A stretch of 64,000 nt of DNA from Planctomycetota bacterium (lineage in GTDB: Bacteria > Planctomycetota > UBA1135 > UBA2386). The notes under the pieces are model-generated. The model searched no databases. It had not been told where the DNA came from and saw only the letters and a program-made list of their open reading frames with translations. The number at the start of each line of letters is the position of its first letter. The stretch's first letter is position 1. Where the stretch lies: positions 17,199 to 81,198 of the forward strand of contig JBKDXM010000033.1 in the NCBI GenBank assembly GCA_046306335.1, read 5' to 3'. The position numbers and the translations under genes are program-made. Shown piece by piece: positions 1 to 7,497 of the stretch.

Positions 1-637
1 GGCGAAGGCGCGCAAGATCCCGGTCGTGATCTTCGACAGCGACCTCGACGGCACGCCCGGCGTCGACTTCGCCAGCTTCATCGCCACCGACAACAAGAAG
101 GGCGGCGAGGACGCCGGCAAACGCCTCGCCGAGCTGCTCGGCGGCAAGGGCAAGGTGGTGATGCTGCGCTACCAGGTCGGCTCGGCCTCCACCGAGGCGC
201 GCGACGCGGGCTTCCTCGCGGCGGCGCGCGCCGCCGGACTCGAGGTGCTCGTCGACAACCGCTACGCCGGCGCCACCGTCGGCGACGCCAAGAACGCGGC
301 GCTGAACCTCGCCGACCCGCTGGGGCAAGCACAAGGCGTGTTCTGCAGCAACGAGTCGGCGACCGCCGGCATGCTGCAGGCGCTCGAGCAACTCGGCCTG
401 CTCGGCAAGGTGCGCTTCGTCGGCTTCGACAGCTCTCCGCCGCTCGTCGCCGCGCTGCGCCGCGGTGGCATCGACGCGCTGGTGGTGCAGGACCCGCGCA
501 CGATGGGCGAACTGTCGGTGCGCGCGCTCGCCGACCTGATCGCCGGCAAGCCGGTCGCCGCCGTCATCGACACCGGCGCCGTGCTGGCGACCAAGGCGAA
601 CATGGACGAGCCGGCGGTGGCGAGGCTGCTGCAATGA
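1..637 (+). CDS. Sugar-type ABC transporter periplasmic substrate-binding protein (RbsB/LacI-fold family), 5'-truncated by window edge
   Basis: The frame of ORF 26..637 stays open back to nt 2 (AKARKIPVVIFDSDL...). Motifs match type-I periplasmic sugar-binding proteins (GKGKVVML, FCSNESATAGMLQAL, FVGFDSSP, ALVVQDP). The stop overlaps the next start (ATGA at 634..637). Confidence 0.8.
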   Translation, partial: AKARKIPVVIFDSDLDGTPGVDFASFIATDNKKGGEDAGKRLAELLGGKGKVVMLRYQVGSASTEARDAGFLAAARAAGLEVLVDNRYAGATVGDAKNAALNLADPLGQAQGVFCSNESATAGMLQALEQLGLLGKVRFVGFDSSPPLVAALRRGGIDALVVQDPRTMGELSVRALADLIAGKPVAAVIDTGAVLATKANMDEPAVARLLQ

Positions 638-1761
638 CCCCGCGCCGCGCTGCCGCGTGGCGACGCGGCGGCCCGCTGGTCGGTCTGCTGGCGACGTGGC
701 TGCTGTTCGCGGTGTCGGCGGGCGGGCCGTTCCTGTCGTGGGCCAACCACGAACTGATGCTGCTGCAGACGGCGGTCGTCGGCGTCGCCGCCGTCGGCGC
801 GACGTGGGTGATCGTCGCCGGCGGCATCGACCTGGCCGTCGGCTCGACGATCGCGCTGTCCGGCATGGTCGGTGCGCTGGCGCTGCGCAGCGGCCTGCCG
901 TGGCCGGTCGCCACCCTCGCGACCGCGCTCGCCGGCGCGGCGGCCGGCTTCACCACCGGCGCGCTCGTCACCGGTGCGCTGCTGCGGCTGCTGCTCGCGG
1001 CCGGCGCGGGTATCGCCCTCGCAGCGGCGACCTACGGCATGGGAGCGCTGTCGGTCGGCGCGGCGAAGGGCGGCGGCGCCTTCCTCGGCTGGACCGCCGC
1101 CGGCGCGGGCGCGGGCGCGGCGTGCGCCGTCTGGCTGGCGCTGCCGCGGCTGCGCTGGGTACTGCCGCTGTCGCCGTTCATCGTCACGCTCGGCCTGTGG
1201 GGCGCCCTGCGCGGGCTCGCCAAGGGCCTCGGTGGCAACCAGCCGGTCTACTTCCCGCGCCACGACGAACTCGCCGCGCTGATGCTGCCGGGCACGGGGC
1301 TGCTGCCGACCGGCGTGTGGGTGCTGCTTGCCGTCGCTGCGGTCGCCGCCTTCGCGCTGCGCCGGACGGTCTTCGGCCGCCACGTGCAGGCCTTTGGCCA
1401 GAACCGCGAGGCGGCGCGGCAGTCGGGGCTCGACGTGGTCAGCCTCGAACGCCGCGTGTACGTCGTCGCCGGCCTGTGCGCCGGCATCGCCGCCGTGCTG
1501 CAACTCAGCTACCTGTCGATGGGCGACCCGACGACGGCGCAGGGGTACGAACTGAAGGCGATCGCCGCGGCCGTCATCGGCGGCGCATCGCTGGCCGGCG
1601 GCGCGGGCTCGATCGTCGGCACGCTGGTCGGCGCCTTCGTGATGACGATCGTCGACAACGGCTGCACCAAGCTCGGCCTCGACAACTGGGTCCAGGAAGT
1701 CGCCACCGGCGCGATCATCGTCGGCGCGGTCGCCCTCGACCGACTGCGGTCGCGCGGCTGA
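634..1761 (+). CDS. ABC transporter permease, RbsC/AraH-like
   Basis: ORF 634..1761. It is a multi-TM hydrophobic protein with AGGIDLAVGS and GGASLAGGAGSIVGTLVGAF motifs typical of ribose-type ABC permeases. It is translationally coupled to the binding protein. Confidence 0.85.
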   Translation: MTPRRAAAWRRGGPLVGLLATWLLFAVSAGGPFLSWANHELMLLQTAVVGVAAVGATWVIVAGGIDLAVGSTIALSGMVGALALRSGLPWPVATLATALAGAAAGFTTGALVTGALLRLLLAAGAGIALAAATYGMGALSVGAAKGGGAFLGWTAAGAGAGAACAVWLALPRLRWVLPLSPFIVTLGLWGALRGLAKGLGGNQPVYFPRHDELAALMLPGTGLLPTGVWVLLAVAAVAAFALRRTVFGRHVQAFGQNREAARQSGLDVVSLERRVYVVAGLCAGIAAVLQLSYLSMGDPTTAQGYELKAIAAAVIGGASLAGGAGSIVGTLVGAFVMTIVDNGCTKLGLDNWVQEVATGAIIVGAVALDRLRSRG

Positions 1762-1878
1762 CGGCTGCCGACGACGCGCCGCCCGTGCCGACGGCGGTTC
1801 GGGCACCGCCCGGCATCGGGGACCCCGGTGGCACCGCGGCACCGCTTGCCAAGCAACGGCCTGCTGCGCCCGCCGCTC

Positions 1879-1918
1879 GATGCACTATATCTCACCAAAT
1901 GGGGTGCATCCGATGCGC
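1879..1918 (+). promoter_or_regulatory. Candidate operator/promoter region upstream of boxC
   Basis: This is the only AT-rich stretch of the 230-nt intergenic region. It holds the inverted repeat GATGCAC(1879-1885)-N18-GTGCATC(1904-1910), followed by a GATGCGC half-site (1912-1918). TGCA-containing repeats recall BzdR/BoxR-type operators; that comparison is from memory only. Confidence 0.25.
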
Positions 1919-1990
1919 TATCTTGCTTGAACTAGCAGTTGGCCGAAACCAGACTGTGTGACCCGTTCGCCGCCCTCTCCCGCCCCCTAG

Positions 1991-3613
1991 ATGACCGACT
2001 TCAACCGACACCCGAGCAGCTACCACCACTGGCAGCTGCAGATCGACGGCGACGTCGCGCACCTGCGCATGAACGTCGACCCGGCCTTCCCCTTCAAGCC
2101 GGGCTACGAGCTCAAGCTCAACAGCTACGACCTCGGCGTCGACATGGAGCTCGCCGACGCGGTGCAACGGCTGCGCTTCGAGCACCCTGAGGTCAAGGCG
2201 CTCGTCGTCGGCAGCGGCCAGGAGCGCGCGTTCTGCGCCGGGGCCAACATCTGGATGCTGGCGGAGAGCACGCACCCCTTCAAAGTGAACTTCTGCAAGT
2301 TCACCAACGAGACGCGGCTCAGCCTGGAGGACTACAGCCAGCACAGCGGCGTCAAGTCGATCTGCGCGGTCAACGCCGCGTGCGCCGGCGGCGGCTACGA
2401 GCTGGCGCTGGCTTGCGACGAGATCCACCTCGTCGACGACAGCAACTCGGCGGTGTCGCTGCCCGAGGTGCCGCTGCTGGCCGTGCTGCCGGGCACCGGC
2501 GGCCTCACGCGCCTCGTCGACAAGCGCAAGGTGCGCCGCGACCGCGCGGACGTGTTCTGCACGATGGCCGAAGGCATGCGCGGCAAGAAGGCCGTCGCCT
2601 GGGGCCTCGTCGACGCGGCGTGGAAGAAGTCGCAGTTCGCCGACAGGGTGAACGCGCGCGCCAAGGAGTTGGCGGCGCAGGCCCCGGCCAAGGCGCCGAG
2701 AGGCATCGTGCTCGACCCGATCCGCGCCAAGGTCGAAGGCGCCACCTACAAGTACGAGTACGTCGCGTGCGTCGTCGACGCCGGCGCGCGCAAGGCGACC
2801 ATCACCGTCCACGCGCCGCAGGGCCCGCAGCCGAAGGACGGCCCCGGCTACGAGCAGGCCGGCTGCAAGGCCTGGGCGCTGCAGTGCTGGCGCGAACTCG
2901 ACGACGCGCTGCTGCAGCTGCGCTTCGACCACGAGGAGGTCGGCCTGATCGTGCTGCAGACGCGCGGCGACCGCGCGGCGATCCTGCAGGTCGAGAAGGA
3001 CCTGTTCGCCCAGCGCTCGCACTGGCTCGTCAACGAGATCCTGCGGCACATGGCGCGCGTGCTGCGCCGCTTCGACCTGATGGCGCGCTCGACGTACGCG
3101 CTGGTCGACGGCGACGCCTGCATGGCGGGCGCGTTCCTGGAGCTGACGCTGGCCTGCGACCGCGTCTACATGCTCGACGACGACAAGGTGCACGCCGCGG
3201 TCGGCCCGCTGAGCGCTGGCCTGCTGCCGATGAGCCACGGGCTCACGCGCCTGCAGAACCGCTTCCTGGCGCAGCCCGAGCACGCCGCGAAGCTGGCGGC
3301 CGATCAGCCGACGCTGACGGCGGCCGAGGCCGACGAGCAGGGCCTGTGCACCTACCTGCTCGACCCGGTGGACTGGGAGGACGACGTGCGCATCGCGCTC
3401 GAGGAGCGCGTGTCGCTGTCGCCCGACGCCCTCACCGGCATGGAGGCGTCGCTGCGTTTCGGCGGCGCCGAGAACTGCGACAGCAAGATCTTCGGTCGGC
3501 TCAGCGCGTGGCAGAACTGGATCTTCACGCGTCCGAACGCGACCGGCGACGAAGGGGCACTGACCCGTTACGGCGCGCCCGAGAGCGCCAAGTTCGATTG
3601 GCGGAGAACCTGA
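1991..3613 (+). CDS. boxC: 2,3-epoxybenzoyl-CoA dihydrolase / benzoyl-CoA-dihydrodiol lyase BoxC (crotonase superfamily)
   Basis: ORF 1991..3613, 540 aa. It carries a crotonase signature (AFCAGANI, CAGGGYELALACD) in a double-length enoyl-CoA hydratase-like protein. Its size and its position directly upstream of boxB match the BoxC I recall from Azoarcus/Burkholderia. Confidence 0.88.
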   Translation: MTDFNRHPSSYHHWQLQIDGDVAHLRMNVDPAFPFKPGYELKLNSYDLGVDMELADAVQRLRFEHPEVKALVVGSGQERAFCAGANIWMLAESTHPFKVNFCKFTNETRLSLEDYSQHSGVKSICAVNAACAGGGYELALACDEIHLVDDSNSAVSLPEVPLLAVLPGTGGLTRLVDKRKVRRDRADVFCTMAEGMRGKKAVAWGLVDAAWKKSQFADRVNARAKELAAQAPAKAPRGIVLDPIRAKVEGATYKYEYVACVVDAGARKATITVHAPQGPQPKDGPGYEQAGCKAWALQCWRELDDALLQLRFDHEEVGLIVLQTRGDRAAILQVEKDLFAQRSHWLVNEILRHMARVLRRFDLMARSTYALVDGDACMAGAFLELTLACDRVYMLDDDKVHAAVGPLSAGLLPMSHGLTRLQNRFLAQPEHAAKLAADQPTLTAAEADEQGLCTYLLDPVDWEDDVRIALEERVSLSPDALTGMEASLRFGGAENCDSKIFGRLSAWQNWIFTRPNATGDEGALTRYGAPESAKFDWRRT

Positions 3614-3617
3614 CACC

Positions 3618-5036
3618 ATGAGCACCGTCGACCTCGAAGCGAAGATCCCGAACAACGTCGGACTGCGCGACAACAAGCGCCTGACCATGGCGCTGGAGAA
3701 GTGGCAGCCGAAGTTCCTCGACTGGTGGAAGAACGTCGGCCCGAGCGACTTCAACCAGAACGAGGTCTACCTGCGCACCGCCGTCGGCGTCGGCCAGGGC
3801 GGCTGGGCGCACTACGACTACGTGAAGATGCCGGACTACCGCTGGGGCATCTTCCTCGCGGACGGTCCCGCCGACCGCAAGATCCACTTCGGCGACATGA
3901 TCGGCGAATCGGCGTGGGCCGAGGTGCCGGGCGAGTTCCGCAACCGCCTGCGCCGCCTGATCGTCACGCAGGGCGACACCGAGCCGGCGTCGGTCGAGCA
4001 GCAGCGCCTGCTGGGCCACTGCTGCCCGTCGCTCTACGACCTGCGCTCGCTGTTCCAGATCAACGTCGAGGAAGGCCGTCACCTGTGGGCGATGGTCTAC
4101 CTGCTGCACACGTACTTCGGCGGCGACGGCCGTGACGAGGCCGACGCGATGCTGGAACGCCACAGCGGCGACCAGGACAACCCGCGCATCCTGCAGGCGT
4201 TCAACTACCCGGTGACCAACTGGCTGGACTTCTTCTGCTTCACGGCCTTCATGGACCGCGACGGCAAGTACCAGCTCAGCTCGCTCGCCGAGTCGAGCTT
4301 CGACCCGCTCGCGCGCACGACGCAGTTCATGCTCGCCGAGGAGGCCTACCACCTGCAGACCGGCGAGAACGGCGTCGGCCGCATCGTCAAGCGCACCGGC
4401 GAGCTGATGATGCAGGGCCAGGACCCGCGCAAGGTCGGCGCGATCCCGCTGGAGATCGTCCAACGCTACGTGAACTTCTGGTTCACCGGCTCGATCGACC
4501 TGTTCGGCGGCGAGGACAGCACCAACGCCGCCGAGTCGTTCGCCAACGGCCTCAAGGGCCGCTACCGCGAGAGCGACGGCATCTACAAGGACCCGAAGGC
4601 GCTCAACGCCAACTACGTCCTCGAGGTGCCGACCGAGGACGGCAAGATCAGCAAGCAGGAGATCCCGCTGCGCCGCGCCATGAACGCGGTGCTGCTGGAC
4701 GCCTACATCGCCGACTGCAAGCGCATCGTCGAGCGCTGGAACCGCGACCTCGAGAAGCTGGGCGTCAAGGAGCGCATCAGCCTCCCGGACCGCAAGTTCC
4801 ACCGCTACCAGGGCGTGTACGCCGGCTTCCGCTTCGCGCCGACGGGCGAGCTGATCGACGAGGCGACCTGGACCAAGCGCCACACCGAGTGGCTGCCGAC
4901 CCAGGCCGACCGCGACTACGTCAACTCGTGCATGGTCAAGGTGACCGAGCCGGGCAAGTTCGCCAACTACATCGCCCCGCCGCAGCACGGCGTGAACGAG
5001 AAGGCGGTCGAGTTCGAGTACGTCAAGTTCCACTGA
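3618..5036 (+). CDS. boxB: Benzoyl-CoA 2,3-epoxidase (oxygenase) subunit B, di-iron protein
   Basis: ORF 3618..5036, 472 aa. By recall it is nearly colinear with Azoarcus BoxB (IVTQGDTEPASVEQQR, NVEEGRHLWAMVYLLH, DNPRILQAFN, FMLAEEAYH, KFANYIAPP...FEYVKF). Confidence 0.93.
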   Translation: MSTVDLEAKIPNNVGLRDNKRLTMALEKWQPKFLDWWKNVGPSDFNQNEVYLRTAVGVGQGGWAHYDYVKMPDYRWGIFLADGPADRKIHFGDMIGESAWAEVPGEFRNRLRRLIVTQGDTEPASVEQQRLLGHCCPSLYDLRSLFQINVEEGRHLWAMVYLLHTYFGGDGRDEADAMLERHSGDQDNPRILQAFNYPVTNWLDFFCFTAFMDRDGKYQLSSLAESSFDPLARTTQFMLAEEAYHLQTGENGVGRIVKRTGELMMQGQDPRKVGAIPLEIVQRYVNFWFTGSIDLFGGEDSTNAAESFANGLKGRYRESDGIYKDPKALNANYVLEVPTEDGKISKQEIPLRRAMNAVLLDAYIADCKRIVERWNRDLEKLGVKERISLPDRKFHRYQGVYAGFRFAPTGELIDEATWTKRHTEWLPTQADRDYVNSCMVKVTEPGKFANYIAPPQHGVNEKAVEFEYVKFH

Positions 5037-5066
5037 TCGGCCGGGTTCCACCGATCGGCCGGGATC

Positions 5067-5117
5067 GGCCGGCGAGCGATCGCCGGCCGCCGCGCGCGGC
5101 CCCGACGCGGGCCGCGC
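5067..5117 (+). terminator. Two strong GC hairpins between boxB and the ferredoxin gene (possible terminator/attenuator or processing site)
   Basis: Hairpin 1 is GGCCGGCGA-GCGA-TCGCCGGCC (5067-5088, 9 bp). Hairpin 2 is GCGCGGCCC-CGACGC-GGGCCGCGC (5094-5117, 9 bp), followed by CCCCTTTGCG. The U-tract is weak. Confidence 0.3.
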
Positions 5118-5139
5118 CCCCTTTGCGCCTCACACAGCC

Positions 5140-5475
5140 ATGAGCAATCGACTCTGCTACGTCTGCGAAGGCGGCGACTGCACCGAGAAGGGCGGCGGCG
5201 AGCTCTTCGACCGGCTGCGCGACCTGATCAAGAAGTTCGACCCGGCCGAGGAGCGCATCAAGATCCGGCGCTACCCGTGCTTCGGCGCGTGCGACCAGGG
5301 CATCAACGTCACGCTGTACCCCGACAAGATCTTCTATAGCAAGGTGACGCTGGCCGACCTGCCGGAGATCGCCGCCCACATCGAGGGCAAGGGCCAGCCG
5401 GTGACGCGACTCACGGGCAAGTGCCAGCCCGACGTCGAGCAGATCATCTGGGACATGCTCGACAGCCCGTACTGA
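5140..5475 (+). CDS. Thioredoxin-like [2Fe-2S] ferredoxin domain protein
   Basis: ORF 5140..5475, 111 aa. Its Cys pattern is C-x4-C (CEGGDC) ... C-x3-C (CFGAC), as in NuoE-type/thioredoxin-like 2Fe-2S ferredoxins. Confidence 0.8.
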   Translation: MSNRLCYVCEGGDCTEKGGGELFDRLRDLIKKFDPAEERIKIRRYPCFGACDQGINVTLYPDKIFYSKVTLADLPEIAAHIEGKGQPVTRLTGKCQPDVEQIIWDMLDSPY

Positions 5476-5502
5476 CCGGCGCGGCGGCGCCCCCGCCCCC
5501 GC

Positions 5503-7323
5503 TCACGGCGCGATCGTCACGCCGACCGGCTGGCTCCAGCACTTGATCGTGTGCTGCCACGCCGGATCGAGGGTGATGCCGGCGACGTAGGACGTCACGC
5601 CGATCAGCCACGTCTCGTTCGGGATCGTCAGCGTGCACTGCGCCTGATCGCCGGGACCGAGCGTCGTCCAGGTCGGCGCCAGGAACGGATTGCCGGTGAG
5701 GGCCAGTTCGAGCAGGAAGTCGGCGTTCAGCGGCAGCGTGCGCTGCCCGCCGAGCGCGATGCCCGGCGCCGTGCCGAGCGACCAACCGAACAAGACCTGC
5801 TTGCCGGCGTCGCCGGGCGAGCCGTAGGTGAAGACGACCTGCGTGCCGATGCTGCCTGAACCGGACTTGCTCAGCGTGGGCGTCGGCCCGGTCGGCTCCA
5901 GGAACACGTCGAGGGCCGCGCCCTGGTCGAGCGCCGCGACCGTCACCGGCACGGTCTTGCTGGCGTGCCCCGGCGCGCTGAAGGTCACCGACCACGCGCC
6001 GGTCGGCAGCCACAGGCCGTAGCGGCCGTCGCGCGCGCGGCCCTTCGTCACCTCGCCGTGGTTGAGCACGGCGGGGCTGAACGTGATCGTCGCGGCGAGC
6101 GGCGCGCCACCCAACGCGCTGCGGACGTGGCCGCGGCGGGCCGGCATCCACTGCAGCAGCGCGTCGCGGACGCCGGGCCAGACGCGCGCCTCCTCGGTGA
6201 CCGTCGCCGCGAACGCCGGCTGGAAGTCCGTCCCGACCTCGATCAGGTACGACAACGTGCCGCCGGACGAGTAGTGGTCCTCGGGGGCCTCGCCCGACGC
6301 CGACGGATCGCGCGTGTCGTAGGCCATCGGCGCGCGCAGCCGATCGCCGTACGCCTGCTGGAAGGCCTGCATCGTCGGATGCACGTTCGCGCACGGCGCC
6401 CACAGCCGCAGCACGTCCTGGCCGTAGCTGTGGAAGTCGAGGTAGACCTCGGGCCGCAGCCACGCGACGAGGTTGCGCAGCGTGACGGTCTCCGGCTCGC
6501 TGCCGGCCGCGGGCCCGCGGTAGGTGTCGGAACTCGCCGTCGCCGAGGCGCCGCAGAGCCCCCACAGGAACGGGTAGTTGCGGTTGAGGTCGACGCCGAA
6601 GCTGCCGCCGTTGTTGCGGCGGTTCTTGCGCCACAGGCTGTTGACGTTCCACACGTGGTGGACGCCGTCGGGATTGGCCATCGGCACGAACCACAGTTCG
6701 CGGCCGTCGACGAGCGCCTGGATCTGCGGATCGGTCGCGCGGTCGCCGAGGATGCGCTGCATCGCGCGCACCACCATGTGCGGCGAGTTGAGTTCGCGCG
6801 CGTGGTGCTGTGCTGCCAGCACGACCGCCGGCTCGTCCTCGTCGCTGGCGACGTTGTCGCTGACCTTCAGCGCGAAGACGCGGCGGCCCTCGTGCGTCAG
6901 CGCGCCGCCGGGCAGTGCGCTGAGGTCGACCTTGCGCGCGTACGCCGGGTAGGCGAGCACCAGAGCGTCGATCTCCGCCTCGATCTCGGCGACCGTGTAG
7001 TAGCTCGCGTCGGGATCGATGCCGGCGGCCAACTGCTCCTGCTCGACGAGGTGCCAGGGGCGGCCGTCGCTGACCAACGCCGCCTGCGGCGCGATCGCCA
7101 GCAGCAGCGGCACGGCCGCCGCGTCGGCGACGACGTCGACCGGCCCGGCCGCCGACGGCGCGCCACAGCACGCCCCGGCGACGTCGAAGTGCTGCTGCAG
7201 CAGCAGGCGCTGGCCCGGCGTCGGGTTGCGCACGAGGTAGCGCGCAGCCCCGCGTTGGGCGCTGGCGGTCGCCGCCAACGCGAGGAGGACCGCCGCGGGG
7301 ATCAGGGAGCGAGGGATGGGCAT
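5503..7323 (-). CDS. Secreted M14-family zinc carboxypeptidase with CarboxypepD_reg-like and C-terminal beta-rich domains
   Basis: ORF 5503..7401 trimmed to ATG 7323, which gives the signal peptide MPIPRSLIPAAVLLALAATASAQ. M14 motifs are present: QHHARE, PMANPDG, NRNYP, DFHSYG. A beta-sandwich segment follows (GRYGLWLPTGAWSVTFSAPGH). Confidence 0.85.
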   Translation of the reverse strand: MPIPRSLIPAAVLLALAATASAQRGAARYLVRNPTPGQRLLLQQHFDVAGACCGAPSAAGPVDVVADAAAVPLLLAIAPQAALVSDGRPWHLVEQEQLAAGIDPDASYYTVAEIEAEIDALVLAYPAYARKVDLSALPGGALTHEGRRVFALKVSDNVASDEDEPAVVLAAQHHARELNSPHMVVRAMQRILGDRATDPQIQALVDGRELWFVPMANPDGVHHVWNVNSLWRKNRRNNGGSFGVDLNRNYPFLWGLCGASATASSDTYRGPAAGSEPETVTLRNLVAWLRPEVYLDFHSYGQDVLRLWAPCANVHPTMQAFQQAYGDRLRAPMAYDTRDPSASGEAPEDHYSSGGTLSYLIEVGTDFQPAFAATVTEEARVWPGVRDALLQWMPARRGHVRSALGGAPLAATITFSPAVLNHGEVTKGRARDGRYGLWLPTGAWSVTFSAPGHASKTVPVTVAALDQGAALDVFLEPTGPTPTLSKSGSGSIGTQVVFTYGSPGDAGKQVLFGWSLGTAPGIALGGQRTLPLNADFLLELALTGNPFLAPTWTTLGPGDQAQCTLTIPNETWLIGVTSYVAGITLDPAWQHTIKCWSQPVGVTIAP

Positions 7324-7497
7324 GGCACGCACATTGTGCCATGCAGGCCGCCCGGCTGGCCCTGCAGGGTCGGCGCCGCCCGGGCCGCCGCCCCGCGGCA
7401 CGCGCCCGGCGCGGCCCGGGTCGGCTGCCCGATCAGGCCATCCACGACGCGCGGGAACCGTTCAGGCTCCACCGGCGCGCGGCGACCTGCGCCGGCG

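Noticed and set aside
7324-7401. N-terminal extensions of several ORFs (also 9166..9285, 17187..17354, 21394..21477, 32861..32935)
   Set aside because: The extensions are Arg/Pro/Gly-rich. Internal ATG or GTG codons immediately precede canonical signal peptides or family N-termini, so the shorter models were preferred.
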